Source: an uncultured Planctomycetaceae bacterium (lineage in GTDB: Bacteria > Planctomycetota > Planctomycetia > Pirellulales > PALSA-1355). From it: a stretch of 64,000 nucleotides of DNA. The notes beneath the pieces were generated by a model. It was not told the origin of the DNA and did no database searches. It saw nothing but the letters and a program-made list of their open reading frames with translations. The stretch's first letter is position 1. Each line of letters opens with the position of its first letter. The stretch is from NCBI GenBank assembly GCA_963785305.1, contig CAWAUV010000007.1, positions 1,056,001 to 1,120,000 of the forward strand, read 5' to 3'. The translations under genes and the position numbers were made by a program. This document shows, piece by piece, positions 24,367 to 36,602 of the stretch.

Positions 24367-24692
24367 CGGGTATGTTTTCGTGCTTCGGTGCTTAGTGATC
24401 GCGGCGTCCCGCTTCCGACTGAAAATTCAACACTGGAGAACGAACGCAACCGCTTCTGGCTGCGCCATTTGCTTTTCCCTCATGCCAAACGTCGCGAGCT
24501 ACTGGTTGCGACGAAACAGCTTTCGCTGGGGCCGGCACGGAGAATAGGCATTTGCATGGGGCCGAACAGCGAAGACCGAGGCAGGAGCCCACAATCACAA
24601 GCCCTTTGCTTCAAAGTCCTTGAGACATGAAGCGGCGCCCTCTGGTCTGGAACGCCGGAGGGCCCGAAGGCACGGGATTCGGGCCGAAATTT

Positions 24693-24740
24693 GGCGAGCC
24701 TGCGCGGCAGGGTATCCCCGCCGAGCGGCTCGCCTTTTTT
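24693..24740 (+). terminator. Rho-independent terminator-like hairpin
   Basis: Extended GGCGAGCC...GGCTCGCC stem followed by T6. Confidence 0.6.
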
Positions 24741-24951
24741 ATTGTGCTGTATCGTTTCGCTGCAGGTGTCCCATTGTGATACAGGTCTGAAACGCGCGGA
24801 CAGCAAGCGAATTCGATCGATTTGAATGAGCGCTCGAAAAAAAATTCTTCGGCCCCGAAATCGATCTGCAATAAATGCGCTCCCGGTTCCGCGAATGGTT
24901 GGTTTGGAGCATCGCCTAGACCGATGGCCCCGAGGTGCGCGGATTTCTAAT

Positions 24952-25056
24952 TTGACAACCGCGCCCCAGGGGGTAGGATGAGTGTCTCATTCGGGCTGTA
25001 AACGATTTTGCAAAAATACTTTGTGGCTTTTGCAAGAAGGCCTTTTGCAAGAATAC
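24952..25056 (+). promoter_or_regulatory. Sigma70-like promoter plus three TTTTGCAARAA boxes
   Basis: TTGACA (24952) - 16 bp - TAGGAT (24974); boxes at 25006, 25028 and 25043. Confidence 0.55.
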
Positions 25057-25144
25057 ATTGGGGCAAGCAGTCCGCCCGATTCCCCGCGATTATTTTACCG
25101 CGGTGGCCGGACGTGACCGGATCGAATGTGTGGAGGATTGGGGT

Positions 25145-26980
25145 ATGGAATTCGAGTGCGGCAGTGGACGCTTTCACGCGAAATGGGCCTTGGCTCTGAC
25201 TGGGCTTTTGGTCGCGTTGGTTCCAGGCTCGAAGCTGCAAGGCCGCGGCGATGCGCTGGCGCTCTGAAAGCTCCGACGAAAAGCGCTGTTGGCAAAAGCG
25301 CCGCCAAAGCGTCGACCGTGGCCACGTCGTCCGACGCCGACCGTCCTACTGAATCGAGCCGGCCGCCGAAGACAAGCTCCTCGGGCAGTAAAAAGAGCAA
25401 GGCCGCGTTTGGCATTCCTCAAGTCGAGGCTATCAACACGCTTATTCGCCAGGGCTGGCAGCAGAGGCAGATGACGCCCTCGCCCCCGGCCTCCGATGGC
25501 GAATGGTGCCGTCGCGTGCATCTCGATATCCTCGGCCGCACGCCTTCCGTCGATGAGCTCGATCGCTTTCTCGGCGACCCGGCCGCCGACAAGCGGGTCA
25601 AGCTCGTCGACCATTTGCTGGGCGATGACATGGTCGAGGAATATGCCCGGAACATGACCACCATTTGGACCAACACTTTGGTTGGTCGCGCCGTCGGGCA
25701 AGGAAGAAAACCGCATGGTGAGCCGCGAGGGCATGCAGCAAGCCTTGCGGCGGGCTTTCCAGCGCAATCTGTCATGGGACAAATTCGCCTACGAGTGCAT
25801 TTCGGCCAAGGGCGTGAACCGGCCGGGTGAGACCGGCTTCAATGGCTTCACGAACTTTTTGACCGACAAAATGGCCGAAAACGGAGTGCAGGCCACGGCC
25901 AAGACCTCGCAGATTTTCCTCGGCCTCCAGGTCCAATGCACGCAGTGCCACAACCATCCGTTCAACGAATGGAAGCAGAACCAGTTCTGGGAGCTCAACG
26001 CCTTTTTCCGGCAAACCCATGCGATGAAGCATGACAAGCCGAATGTCGACATTTACGAACTGGCCAACCAGAACTTCTCCGGCGAAGACAATCGCCCGGA
26101 GGAAGCGGTGCTCTTCTACGAGCTGCGCAACGGCCTGACGAAAGCCGCGTATCCGGTGTTTGTCGACGGCGCGAAGCTCAAGACCGACAGCGGCTACATC
26201 GATCAGGTGGACCGTCGCTCGGAGCTTGCCCGGCTCGTGGCCACTTCGGACTTTCTCGGCAGGGCGATGGTGAATCGCCTCTGGAGCCACTTCCTGGGTT
26301 ACGGCTTCACGAAACCGGTCGACGACATGGGCCCGCACAACCCGCCGAGCCATCCGGAGCTACTCGATGCGCTGGCGGTGGAGTTCAAGAAGTCGAGCTA
26401 CGATATCAAGCAGCTCATGCGGTGGATCGTGCTCAGCGAGCCCTACTCGCTTTCGAGCCGATTCAACGCCAAGAACAAGATGGACGACCCCTCGCTCGGC
26501 GAGAAGCCGGCCTTCTCCCATTTCTACATGCGGCAGATGCGGGCCGAGGAGTTGTATGAATCGCTGATCGTGGCCACCGAAGCCCAAAAGAGCCGCGGCA
26601 GTTATGAAGACCAAGAAAAGGCCAAGAGCGACTGGCTCCAGCAGTTCACCATCGCCTTTGGCACCGATGAAAACGACGAAGCCACGACCTTCAACGGCAC
26701 AATCCCGCAAGTGCTAATGATGATGAACGGCGATCTCGTGAAAGACGCCACCAAGATCGAGCCGGGCAGCTTCCTACAGCGGCTTTCGGCCGATTCAAAG
26801 ACCGACGCTCCCAAAAAGATCAACTACCTGTACATGGCCGCCGTGGCCCGCAAGCCGACGCGCGAGGAGATCGACGCGGCGAACGCGCTGGTGGAATATC
26901 GCAAGGGCGATGGTCCGGCGGCGCTGCAAGATATTTGGTGGTCGCTACTTAATAGCAACGAGTTTATACTGAATCACTGA
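25145..26980 (+). CDS. Planctomycete DUF1549/DUF1553 protein (frameshifted)
   Basis: WCRRVHLDILGRTP, FLGLQVQCTQCHNHPF, VNRLWSHFLG.G, PSHPELLD and LLNSNEF..NH motifs. Confidence 0.9.
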
Positions 26981-27205
26981 GCCAGGGCGTCGAGGCGCCC
27001 GGGCCGGCAAGCGGGCCGAGCGAACGGATGCCGACGGGTTTATTGCCTGCTGGTTTGGTCGAGTGGATGGGGAAATTTGCGTGTGGAAAGCGTGGTCGGG
27101 AATAAAACGGCCGCGCATTGCGATATTACGATAGGTCCCAGGGCGGATTCGTCACTCATCTCACGAGTGGGCCGCCGATTCGAGGCATTAGCCGGGAGAG
27201 GTTCC

Positions 27206-28492
27206 ATGGATTTTTCTTGCGTCCCCGCGGGGATGACCCGCCGTCACTTCATGCAGCACATGGCCGGGGCATCGGCGTTGGCCCTTCCGGCGATCAATTT
27301 CACCAACGCGCTGGCGGCCAGCAGCGGTGAAATGAAAAAGAACCACAAGGCGGCGATCCTCCTGTGGATGGGTGGCGGGCCGGCCACGATCGACATTTGG
27401 GACCTCAAGCCAGGCGCTCCGACCGGTGGTCCCTTCAAGGCGATTTCCACCAGCGGCGATGTGCAAATCTCGGAGCACATGCCGCTCATGGCCAAGCAGA
27501 TGAAGAACATGGCCATCATTCGCTCGATGAGCACCCGCGAGGCCGATCACGCCCGCGGCCGTTACTACATGCACACCGGCTATGTGCCGAATCCGAACAT
27601 CGAACATCCGAGCTATGGCTCCGTGATTAGCCACGAGCTCTACCGGCCGGACTCGGGCCTCGAAATTCCGCCGTTCGTGGCCGTGGGCGGCGGGAGTGTC
27701 GGCCCCGGCTTCTTGGGCATGCAATACGCTCCGTTTGTCGTCGGTTCGAACGGCGATGTGCGGAACCTGAAAATGGACCTGGATCAAGACCGACTGATGC
27801 AGCGCATGCAAATGTTGGCCACGGTCGAGCGCGGTTTCGCCGACTCGCACCGGGCCGACAAGAGCCGCAGCAGTTCGGCCGACGATCACGCCAAGGTGCT
27901 CGACAAGACCCTTTCGCTCATGACCAGCAAGCAAATGGAAGCTTTCAAGGTCAACAAGGAGCCGAAGGAAGTGCTCGAGAGATACGGCACGAGCGGTTTC
28001 GCCAAGGGCTGTCTCATGGCCCGGCGGCTGGTCGAGGCGGGTGTGTCGTTTGTCGAGGTTGATCTCGGCGGCTGGGATACCCATGCCAACAACTTCAAGA
28101 CGCTCGGCGACACCAAGTTGCCCGAGCTCGACAAGGCGATGTCGGCCCTGACCACCGAGCTCGAGGAGCGCGGCCTGCTCAAGGACACCGCCATCATTTG
28201 GATGGGCGAGTTCAGCCGCACCCCGCGCATCAATGGCAACGCCGGCCGCGACCACTGGGCTCGCAGTTGGAGCGTGGTCGTCGGCGGCGCCGGCATGAAG
28301 GGCGGCATCGCCGTGGGCAAGACCAGCTCCGACGGCACCAGTGTCGAGACCGAGCCCTACACCTCGCAAGACGTGATGGCTTCGGTGCTCAAGGCCCTGG
28401 GCGTGTCGCTCGAGACCACCTTCACTAGCAAGAATGGTCGCCCGATGAAAATCGCCAACAGCGGCAAGGTGATCAAGGAGCTCTTCGCTTAG
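27206..28492 (+). CDS. DUF1501 family protein, Tat-exported
   Basis: TRRHF Tat motif; LWMGGGP..D.WDLKP, GGWDTH, GEFSRTP.IN...GRDHW. Confidence 0.92.
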   Translation: MDFSCVPAGMTRRHFMQHMAGASALALPAINFTNALAASSGEMKKNHKAAILLWMGGGPATIDIWDLKPGAPTGGPFKAISTSGDVQISEHMPLMAKQMKNMAIIRSMSTREADHARGRYYMHTGYVPNPNIEHPSYGSVISHELYRPDSGLEIPPFVAVGGGSVGPGFLGMQYAPFVVGSNGDVRNLKMDLDQDRLMQRMQMLATVERGFADSHRADKSRSSSADDHAKVLDKTLSLMTSKQMEAFKVNKEPKEVLERYGTSGFAKGCLMARRLVEAGVSFVEVDLGGWDTHANNFKTLGDTKLPELDKAMSALTTELEERGLLKDTAIIWMGEFSRTPRINGNAGRDHWARSWSVVVGGAGMKGGIAVGKTSSDGTSVETEPYTSQDVMASVLKALGVSLETTFTSKNGRPMKIANSGKVIKELFA

Positions 28493-28639
28493 AGCCAACT
28501 TCTCTGGCCCAGTATCGGCCAAGAGAAAATACACCTGCGATCGCTTCGACTTTCGGCGGCCGGGAGCATTTGCCAAAATGCTTCCGGCCGCTTTCGTTTT
28601 TCCGGGCCCCCTGGCTGGGTCCACAAGGTCCGCCGGTCT

Positions 28640-30049
28640 TTGACCCGCCCGTCCCGCACCGCAACTTTCGATCGGCGCGATCGCATGCACCGCACCCATC
28701 CTCCTCCGCCGATCGCCTCGCATGGGCTCGCCACGCTCGCGCGCTTGGTCTGGCCCGTGATGCTCGAGCAACTGCTCAACATGTTCGTCGGACTCTCCGA
28801 CACCTTCCTCGCCGGGCGATATCTAAGCCAAACACATTTGGCGGCGATGACGTCGATGTGCTACGTGATGTGGATGCTCTCGAGCGCTTTCGCCGTCATT
28901 GCCCTGGGGGTGGCGGCGCTGGTGGCTCGGTTTATCGGCGCCGGCGACACCGCCAGCGCCACCCGAGTCACGAATCAGGGCCTCGCCGCCGGCGCTCTCC
29001 TGTCGATTGTGCTCACGCTCGTGCTGTGGCCTTGGGATGGCTCGATCGTGGCGCTCATGCGGCTCGACGGGGATTCGGCCGTGTACTTCACGCGATTTCT
29101 TACACTGCTCGCGCCCGCGCTGCCGGCGATGATGGTCGAGCAAGTCGGCCTCGCGGCCTTGCGAGGAGCGGGCGACATGGTGGCCGGCCTCTGGACGATG
29201 GCCCTGGTCAACGCGGTGAACCTCGCGGTGAGCTGGCTGCTGCTTTCGGGCTTTGGCCCGATCGCGCCCCAAGGCTGGGACGCAATTGCGATTGGCGCCG
29301 CGAGCGGGCACTGCGCGGGCGCTCTGGCCACCCTGGCGCTCTTGGCCCGCGGCCGCGGCGGGCTGGGGCTCCGCCGCCGCGACTTCTGGCCCGACGGCGC
29401 CTTGCAGCGGCGAATCTTGCGCATCGGTGTGCCGGGCGGGCTCGATCTCCTCGGGCAATCGCTTTTGCAACTGTTTTTTCTGTCGCTCATCAACCGCCTG
29501 GGCGAGCAGGCCGCGGCCGCGCATGGAGTCGCCATTCGCATCGAGTCGCTTTCCTATCTGCCGGCCGTGGCCTTTCAAGTGGCCGCCGCCACGCTTGCCG
29601 GCCAGTATCTCGGCGCCCGCGATCCGGCCAGCGCCGCGCGGGAGCGTGCGCGCGGCCTGCGCGGCGGGCGTCGGCGTGATGTTCGTCGCGAGCGTGGGCA
29701 TCTACGGCGGGTCCAATTTTCTACCCAGCCTATGCGTGAGCGACGCCAATGTTGAAGTGAGCCGCCTTGCCGCTCCGCTCTTGCGGATCATCTCGTTCGC
29801 GCTCGTGCCGCTGGTGATTCTCAATGTGTTCAACGGCGCGCTGCGTGGGGCGGGCGACACTCGCTGGCCGCTGGCGATCATGCTCATCGGCTTTATCGGA
29901 GTGCGGATCCCGCTTGCCATTTGGCTCGTGTTCCACGCCGGTTTCGGCGTGGCCGTGCTTGGCACGCGATGGCAATCGACCTCTATATCCGCGCGCTGCT
30001 CATCTCCGCCCGCTTCCTGCAAGGCGGCTGGCTGCGAGTGCGAGTGTGA
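28640..30049 (+). CDS. MATE family efflux transporter (frameshifted)
   Basis: ALRGAGD occurs twice; GQYLGA and RILRIGVP motifs; many TM helices. Confidence 0.9.
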
Positions 30050-30147
30050 CTCATCGCCTCTCCCCCATATGGAAATGGGGAAGGCGGGGTTCGTCGAAGT
30101 TCTCGGTTGGGCCCTTATGCGTGGGCCATCGGCCGAGGGCGCTCCCC

Positions 30148-31323
30148 TCAATAGCGCATCACCTTGCGGCGCAAATGGAGTCCCCAGGCGATCAATGTCA
30201 CATTGCCCAGCCACACATAATACGGCGGCAACGTGCCTGACTTGCAGCGGTCGAGACCATACATCAGCAGGGGGTAATAGACCACGAGAATCAGGCCGAA
30301 GCAGGTGAAAAACGTGGCCAGGGCGTCGCCCGTGCGGCGGTGCATTGCCAGACACGAGCCCACGAGCGCGAAGCACAAGCAGCTAAACCCGTTGGCCCAT
30401 CGCCGGGGCACCTCGGTTTGCAAGCGATAAAGCTGCGACTTTTGCTCGTTGAGGTCGCGCTCGCGATTGGCCCAGTCGGGACTGCCCAGCGATGGAAAAT
30501 CGCCGGTGAGCATGCGGTATCCCATGTCGGCCGCCAGACGCTGCTCGCGGACCTCGATTTCATGCTGTTGCTTGACGATCGCGTCGGGCAGGGCCGCCAA
30601 AGCGGTGTGCGCTGCGGCCGGAGCGCCGTGGCCGCCGCCATCGAGCTGAATCTCGCGCTCGATCGTGTCGGGAAACTCGAGCGATGTGCCGCCGGCCTCG
30701 ACGGTTCCATCGTGGCACACGATCACGAGCACTCCGCTGCCCGGCTTCGATCGCAACTCGGCCTCTTGGCAGGTGATGGTCACCGGCGGGGAATCGCCAC
30801 CCGAGCGAAAGGTGAAGGTAGGTCGCAGGAGCGTGCGTCCCTCGACCCCGCGCACATTGACCGACAGCGCGCTTGACGAGAAACTGCCCTGCTTGCGAAG
30901 CATGCCATAGGCCACGTCCTCGAGCGAGTCGACCACCACCTGGCCCACGCCGTAATGTCCCCAAGTGACGCCCAGATCGTTGAGCCACACGGCGGTAAAG
31001 CTCAGCACCGCGCTGAGGATAAGCGTCGGCCAGAGAAAGACCATTGGATTGAGGCCCAGCGATTTGAGAGCCACGATCTCGTTGGCGCCCGCCATGCGTC
31101 CATAGACATTCGTCACGGCGAACAGCACCGTGCCGGGCATGGAATACATGAGCGCCACCGGCAGCATATAGGGAATCAGCCGAATGACATGCTGCACTCC
31201 CAAGCCCTGCTGGAGCGCCTCTTTGGCCATGCCCACCAGCATCATCAAACTGGTGAGCGAGATGAGCGACACCAGAAACACCTGGCCCACCTCGATCAGC
31301 ACGTAGCGCGTGAAGATGCGCAT
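30148..31323 (-). CDS. LptF/LptG family LPS export permease
   Basis: MRIFTRYV, YGRMAGANEIVALKSLG and C-terminal WLGNV motifs. Confidence 0.88.
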   Translation of the reverse strand: MRIFTRYVLIEVGQVFLVSLISLTSLMMLVGMAKEALQQGLGVQHVIRLIPYMLPVALMYSMPGTVLFAVTNVYGRMAGANEIVALKSLGLNPMVFLWPTLILSAVLSFTAVWLNDLGVTWGHYGVGQVVVDSLEDVAYGMLRKQGSFSSSALSVNVRGVEGRTLLRPTFTFRSGGDSPPVTITCQEAELRSKPGSGVLVIVCHDGTVEAGGTSLEFPDTIEREIQLDGGGHGAPAAAHTALAALPDAIVKQQHEIEVREQRLAADMGYRMLTGDFPSLGSPDWANRERDLNEQKSQLYRLQTEVPRRWANGFSCLCFALVGSCLAMHRRTGDALATFFTCFGLILVVYYPLLMYGLDRCKSGTLPPYYVWLGNVTLIAWGLHLRRKVMRY

Positions 31324-31913
31324 CAGCCGACGCCCCCCACGCTCGGCAACCGGCGACACGGCGCGGCCCCGCGGCAAGCGATGCGAACAACATTGCGTGG
31401 CTCACCAGCCATGCGTAAGCCTTCGTTAGGGGGCAGGCGCCTGCTCGAGCCATGCGAGGCGAGTCGCCGACGGGCAAGCGTTTCTCATTGTGGCGGGCGG
31501 GTTTGCAAAAACCGCGACAAAACCGAATCGACGCGGAAAGAAGCCCCGGGGCTTATACCGGCGCCTCGCCCGGCGAGTCAAGATCGCCGGCCATGAAAAC
31601 AAACGCCAGAGCGCCAATGGCGTCGAGCGACGCAAACACCCCCGCGATTCCCCCACGCGGGCGTGGCGTTCGGAAAAGCGAGAACAATTCCTTGAATCTC
31701 GGTTTTTTCCAAGATATCAAGGTGTTATGCGAGCGAGACCGGCGCCGTTCGGACGGCTCGCTGCCTGAGGTCACCCGGCGGCTTCGCCGGATTCGCGCGA
31801 AAATTCAAGAGTCGCGATGCGCTCCGCGCCCGGGTTTCCGCGCCGGCGGAGGACGATGCCCCCGGCGCCAAGTCCGTCGTGGCGCCCATTTTCGGACCGG
31901 CGCCGCGAATCAA

Positions 31914-31986
<73 letters not shown>

Positions 31987-32352
31987 GAAATCGGATGAAT
32001 TAAGCCGCCCGGCGCCACCTTCCCACGCCCGCCCGGTTGCCTCGGGGCCGCGGCGGGATCCGAGGGAACGGGAATCAAGCAGTATCCCGCCCTCGCGGCC
32101 GGTCGTCAACGGGGCCTCGCGCCGCGGAATCGGGCCCCGGCTCGGCCCCATCGGTCGCGAGGGGCCTGCGCTACCCGCGGACAGGGCCAAGCGACAATTA
32201 AAAATCGCCGAATCCTCGAAGCTTGCTTGATTGGAACCAATTCGCATCTCGGCACTGAATCCAGAAAATATCGTGGTTCATGGTTTTATGGTCAGACGAT
32301 ACAATGCCGCCCGACTTGTGGTGCATTCGATCCCTCTTTGACGAGCCAGACC

Positions 32353-33142
32353 ATGCCGCGCGCCGAGCACAAATCACGTCCTTCCCTTCGCGACAAACCC
32401 CTGCGCGAAGCGGGGCAATCGGTGCGAGAAGAAAAAGATCGCTTGTTTAATGAGGAAGTGTTGCCCCTGGTTATGGTCGCGGCGTTCGCGGTTCTCTACG
32501 CTATCTATGAATGGGTCCGGTGGATATTCAACTTCGGTCCGAGTCCCATCATTTTCACGATCGCCGCGGGCGGGGTGGTCGCATGGGCGGGATATCGGCT
32601 GCGATCGTTTGAAACTCGGATACGGAACCTGAAGCAGGGGCTCGAGGGCGAACTGCATTCCGCAGTTCATGCAGCGTGAGTTGGCGCAGCTCGGGTACCG
32701 TGTTGTGAACGATATTTGCCGCGACGGCTTCAATATCGACCATGCGCTGATCGGCCCGACCGGCGTATTCGCGGTCGAAACAAAAAGCTTCAGCAAATTT
32801 GGCGAAGAAGACGGGACGATCACGCACGATGGCGTGCAAATGTTCGTCAAAGGATCGCCGCCGGACCGCGATCCTATCGCTCAAGCCGAACGGCAGGCGA
32901 AAGATCTCAAAAACATCATTTTCCAGTTTTCGGGCATGCGGCAAGACGTGAAGCCGGTCGTGCTAGTGCCCGGGTGGAAGGTGGATCGCACTCGAAAAAA
33001 CAGCGAGACCTGGGTCATCAATTTCGAGGGGCTAAAAAAGTTTCTCCGCCACGAGCCCGACCGGCTCAGCGCCGTCGATGTCGATCGAATTTTCGATGCG
33101 CTGGCGAATTATCAGCGTGGCCGCGAAACCATGAAGCCGTAG
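32353..33142 (+). CDS. Membrane-anchored NERD (nuclease-related domain) protein (frameshift near 32660)
   Basis: Two TM helices, then G.EGE and NIDHALIGPTGVFAVETK, the PD-(D/E)XK-like NERD motif. Confidence 0.85.
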
Positions 33143-33228
33143 TTTTTGCGCGACGCTGTTGGTTAAGGATCGAAGCGAGCGACGCGATATTTGGCCCCCC
33201 GCCGGCGCGGATGCTAAGATTAGCGGCG

Positions 33229-33762
33229 GTGGAAAAAGCTGCTGGCGGCGGCGGAACGTCGTTACCCCTTCCCAATCACCGGCTACGCATGGCTCCGGGT
33301 CAGCGCCAAAATGATCGCGATCGCGACTCGTCGCCGGGCGACGCGGCTGGTTCGTCGAAACCGGGCGGGCTAGCGAAAGTTCCCGCGAATGGTCGCGCTT
33401 TGTGGCTCCGCCGGGCCGATGAGCCGGCGGTGGCGGGGCTTGTGTTGCTGGCGATTGTCGCGGTCGCCGCCTATGCCTGGAGTCAGGGCGGGTGGCAGGG
33501 CCGGATGATCGAGATCGATCGGGCCGGCCCGCTCGAGGCCCGGTATGTCGTCGACATCAATCAGGCCGAGTGGGCCGAGTTCGCCCAAGTGCCCGGCATC
33601 GGCGAGACCCTGGCCAAGCGAATCGTGGCGGCCCGCGCCCAGCGGGGACCGTTCATCGATCATGCCGATCTGCTCCGCGTGAAAGGCATCGGCCCGAAGA
33701 CGCTCGACCGCATGCGTCCCTATCTCCTGCCGCTGCCGGGCAAGGATGTGGCGGGGCGTTGA
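33229..33762 (+). CDS. comEA: ComEA-like helix-hairpin-helix DNA-binding protein
   Basis: TM helix, then VDINQA...[13 protein letters not shown]...VKGIGPK. Start is either GTG 33229 or ATG 33289. Confidence 0.85.
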   Translation: MEKAAGGGGTSLPLPNHRLRMAPGQRQNDRDRDSSPGDAAGSSKPGGLAKVPANGRALWLRRADEPAVAGLVLLAIVAVAAYAWSQGGWQGRMIEIDRAGPLEARYVVDINQAEWAEFAQVPGIGETLAKRIVAARAQRGPFIDHADLLRVKGIGPKTLDRMRPYLLPLPGKDVAGR

Positions 33763-34025
33763 ACCCGTCGTGGTCAATCCAGGGCGTCGTTGTAAAGTTA
33801 AAGCCATGCCGTCAAGCAACGAGCGGCGATCCGGCGTCGAACCGCCCCGGCCCGCGCGGGCGCCCAGGCCATAGCCCGAGGGCGGTCGATTGCCTATGCT
33901 TGCAAATAGGGTCGCCAGCCTTCGGCGGACGGCGGTTCGGTCGGATCGACCGCCGCTTTCGTGCCCTGCCCCCGCGGGAACGTGCCCCGCGAAAACCATC
34001 GCGTCCATCCGCCGAGGAACCGCCC

Positions 34026-36110
34026 GTGCTGTTCGAGCTTGAAAGTCCGTTTCAGCCGGCCGGCGACCAGCCCGCCGCCATTGCCGAGCTCGTCTCCGGC
34101 CTGAAGAGCGGCCGCAAAAGCCAGGTGCTGATGGGCGTCACGGGCTCGGGCAAGACTTTCACCATGGCCAACGTCATTCAGCAGACGCAACGGCCGGCGC
34201 TGGTGCTCTCGCACAACAAGACCTTGGCGGCCCAGCTCTATGGCGAGTTCAAGGAGTTTTTCCCTCGCAACGCGGTCCATTATTTCGTCAGTTACTACGA
34301 CTACTATCAGCCCGAAGCCTATATTCCGCAGCGCGATATCTATATCGAGAAAGACGCCTCGATCAACCAGGAGATCGATCGGCTGCGGCTCGCCTCGACC
34401 AGCGCGCTCGTCAGCCGGCGCGATGTGATCATCGTGGCCAGCATCTCCTGTATCTATGGCTTGGGCTCGCCCGAGGATTACAAGGCGATGATGGTCACGC
34501 TGCGGGTGGGCGAATCGATCGATCGCGATCTGGTGCTTCGCAAACTGGTCGATGTGCAGTACGAGCGCAACGATGTCGAATTCGCGCGCGGCAAGTTTCG
34601 CGTGCGCGGCGATTGCGTCGAGCTCTGGCCGAGCTACGAGGAATACGCGGTGCGAATCGAGTTTTGGGGCGACGAGGTCGAAAAACTCTCGCTGATCAAT
34701 CCCGTCAGCGGCGAAGTCATTCGCCAAGATCAGGAGCTGTTCGTCTATCCCTCGAAACATTTCGTGATGCCGGAGGATCGCATCAAGGGCGCCGTGGCCG
34801 CGATTCGCCAGGAGCTCGAGGAACGGCTCGAGGAGCTTCGCAATGCCGGCAAATTGCTCGAAGCCCAGCGGCTCAATGCCCGCACTCGCTTCGATATCGA
34901 AATGATGACCGAGGTCGGCTTTTGTCCGGGCATCGAAAATTACAGCCGCCCCCTGAGCGGCCGGCCGCCGGGCTCGACTCCCAACACGCTCTACAACTTC
35001 TTTCCCGACGATTTTCTCCTCTTTGTCGACGAATCGCATGTCACCGTGCCGCAAGTGCGGGCCATGTACGCCGGCGACCGCAGCCGCAAGATGACCCTCG
35101 TGGAGCATGGCTTTCGCCTGCCGAGCGCGCTCGACAACCGACCGCTCAAGTTCGAGGAATGGGAGCAGCGGATCGCGCAGGCGATTTTCGTTTCGGCCAC
35201 GCCCAGCATGTATGAGCTCGAACAAACCGGCGGCGAGTTCGTGGAACAAGTCATTCGCCCGACCGGTCTGCTCGACCCGGTGATCGAGATCAGCCCGGCT
35301 CGCAATCAGGTGCCGCACTTGGTCGAACAGATTCGCGAGCGCGCCGCGGCGAGCGAGCGAGTGTTGGTGACGGTGCTCACCAAGCGTCTGGCCGAGGACC
35401 TTTCGTTTTACCTCACCGAGCAAGGGATTCGCTGCAAGTGGCTGCATAGCGAGCTCGACGCGTTCGAGCGCGTGGAGTTGCTGCGAGATTTGCGCCAGGG
35501 AGCGTTCGACGCGCTGGTGGGCGTGAATCTATTGCGCGAGGGGCTCGACTTGCCCGAGGTATCGCTCGTGGCGGTGCTCGACGCCGACAAGGAAGGTTTT
35601 TTGCGGAGCGAAACCTCGCTGATGCAAACCATCGGCCGCGCCGCCCGCAATGTGAACGCGAAGGTGATTCTCTACGCCGACAAGATGACCGATTCGATTG
35701 CCCGCTCGGTCGAGGAAACCGGCCGGCGCCGGGCGATTCAAGAAAAGTACAACCAGGAGCACGGCATCACGCCGGAAACGGTGCGCAAGAGCGTGCGGGC
35801 CGGCATCGAGTCGCAAGCGGCCGCGCATGCCAAGGCCAACGCCGCCGTGGGTCGCACCGACGAGGCTCAATATATTACCGAGGAATACATCGCCGAGCTC
35901 GAAGCCGAGATGCTGCTGGCGGCGGAGAAGCTCGAATTCGAGCGAGCGGCCCACCTGCGCGACCGCATCACCACGCTGCGCGACCAGATTGGCGAGGACT
36001 TGGCGAGCGTGGCCAAACCGGCGGGGAACCCATTCGGCAAAAAGCGCCGCGGCCGCGGCGGCAAAGGCGGCGGTGGCGGCGGCCGGGTGCCACAGCCGAA
36101 GCGGGGCTAG
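34026..36110 (+). CDS. uvrB: Excinuclease ABC subunit B
   Basis: [28 protein letters not shown] and NLLREGLD motifs; C-terminal UVR domain. Confidence 0.98.
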   Translation: MLFELESPFQPAGDQPAAIAELVSGLKSGRKSQVLMGVTGSGKTFTMANVIQQTQRPALVLSHNKTLAAQLYGEFKEFFPRNAVHYFVSYYDYYQPEAYIPQRDIYIEKDASINQEIDRLRLASTSALVSRRDVIIVASISCIYGLGSPEDYKAMMVTLRVGESIDRDLVLRKLVDVQYERNDVEFARGKFRVRGDCVELWPSYEEYAVRIEFWGDEVEKLSLINPVSGEVIRQDQELFVYPSKHFVMPEDRIKGAVAAIRQELEERLEELRNAGKLLEAQRLNARTRFDIEMMTEVGFCPGIENYSRPLSGRPPGSTPNTLYNFFPDDFLLFVDESHVTVPQVRAMYAGDRSRKMTLVEHGFRLPSALDNRPLKFEEWEQRIAQAIFVSATPSMYELEQTGGEFVEQVIRPTGLLDPVIEISPARNQVPHLVEQIRERAAASERVLVTVLTKRLAEDLSFYLTEQGIRCKWLHSELDAFERVELLRDLRQGAFDALVGVNLLREGLDLPEVSLVAVLDADKEGFLRSETSLMQTIGRAARNVNAKVILYADKMTDSIARSVEETGRRRAIQEKYNQEHGITPETVRKSVRAGIESQAAAHAKANAAVGRTDEAQYITEEYIAELEAEMLLAAEKLEFERAAHLRDRITTLRDQIGEDLASVAKPAGNPFGKKRRGRGGKGGGGGGRVPQPKRG

Positions 36111-36140
36111 TGCTTTGCGTCGCATCGTGTCGCGACGATT

Positions 36141-36581
36141 TTAGCCTTGGTCCCGCGCGTCTTTTAAGCACGCGGGCCACAGGGCGATGTTTTGACTCGC
36201 CATATCCGCGAGTTTTTTGATGATCGGAAGCAACCTCGCGCGATTCTCCTGAAATTCCTTCGCGTTCAGTTCCGGAATAACGACATGGCCCGGAATCGCG
36301 TTGTCGTCTTCCCTGACCACGGTCAGCCCATTTTCGACGAGCCATTTCACTCGCAAGCGGACCAGCCCGGAATACTGTCGCTTATCCGGGGAAATTATTG
36401 ACAATACCCGCGCTGGCTCCGACAGGCATGCTTCGCGGTAAAGACTGATGCCCGTTATGTCGGGGTCTCGCCCTTTGGTCCGAGGCTCGAATGCCCCGAC
36501 GGCGACTGGAAAGAAGCGGTCATGAAATACTCGTCGCAGAAGCCACTCGTCTTCCGAGATCGGGGCATCCTGGCTGAGCAT
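36141..36581 (-). CDS. Hypothetical protein, possible ADP-ribosyltransferase-fold toxin (R-S-H)
   Basis: E.LLR16R, GIS46L and GH99VVI spacing resembles ART-fold toxins; third gene of an AT-richer cassette. Confidence 0.55.
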   Translation of the reverse strand: MLSQDAPISEDEWLLRRVFHDRFFPVAVGAFEPRTKGRDPDITGISLYREACLSEPARVLSIISPDKRQYSGLVRLRVKWLVENGLTVVREDDNAIPGHVVIPELNAKEFQENRARLLPIIKKLADMASQNIALWPACLKDARDQG

Positions 36582-36602
36582 AAGGTCCGACGTTCAAAGG
36601 GA

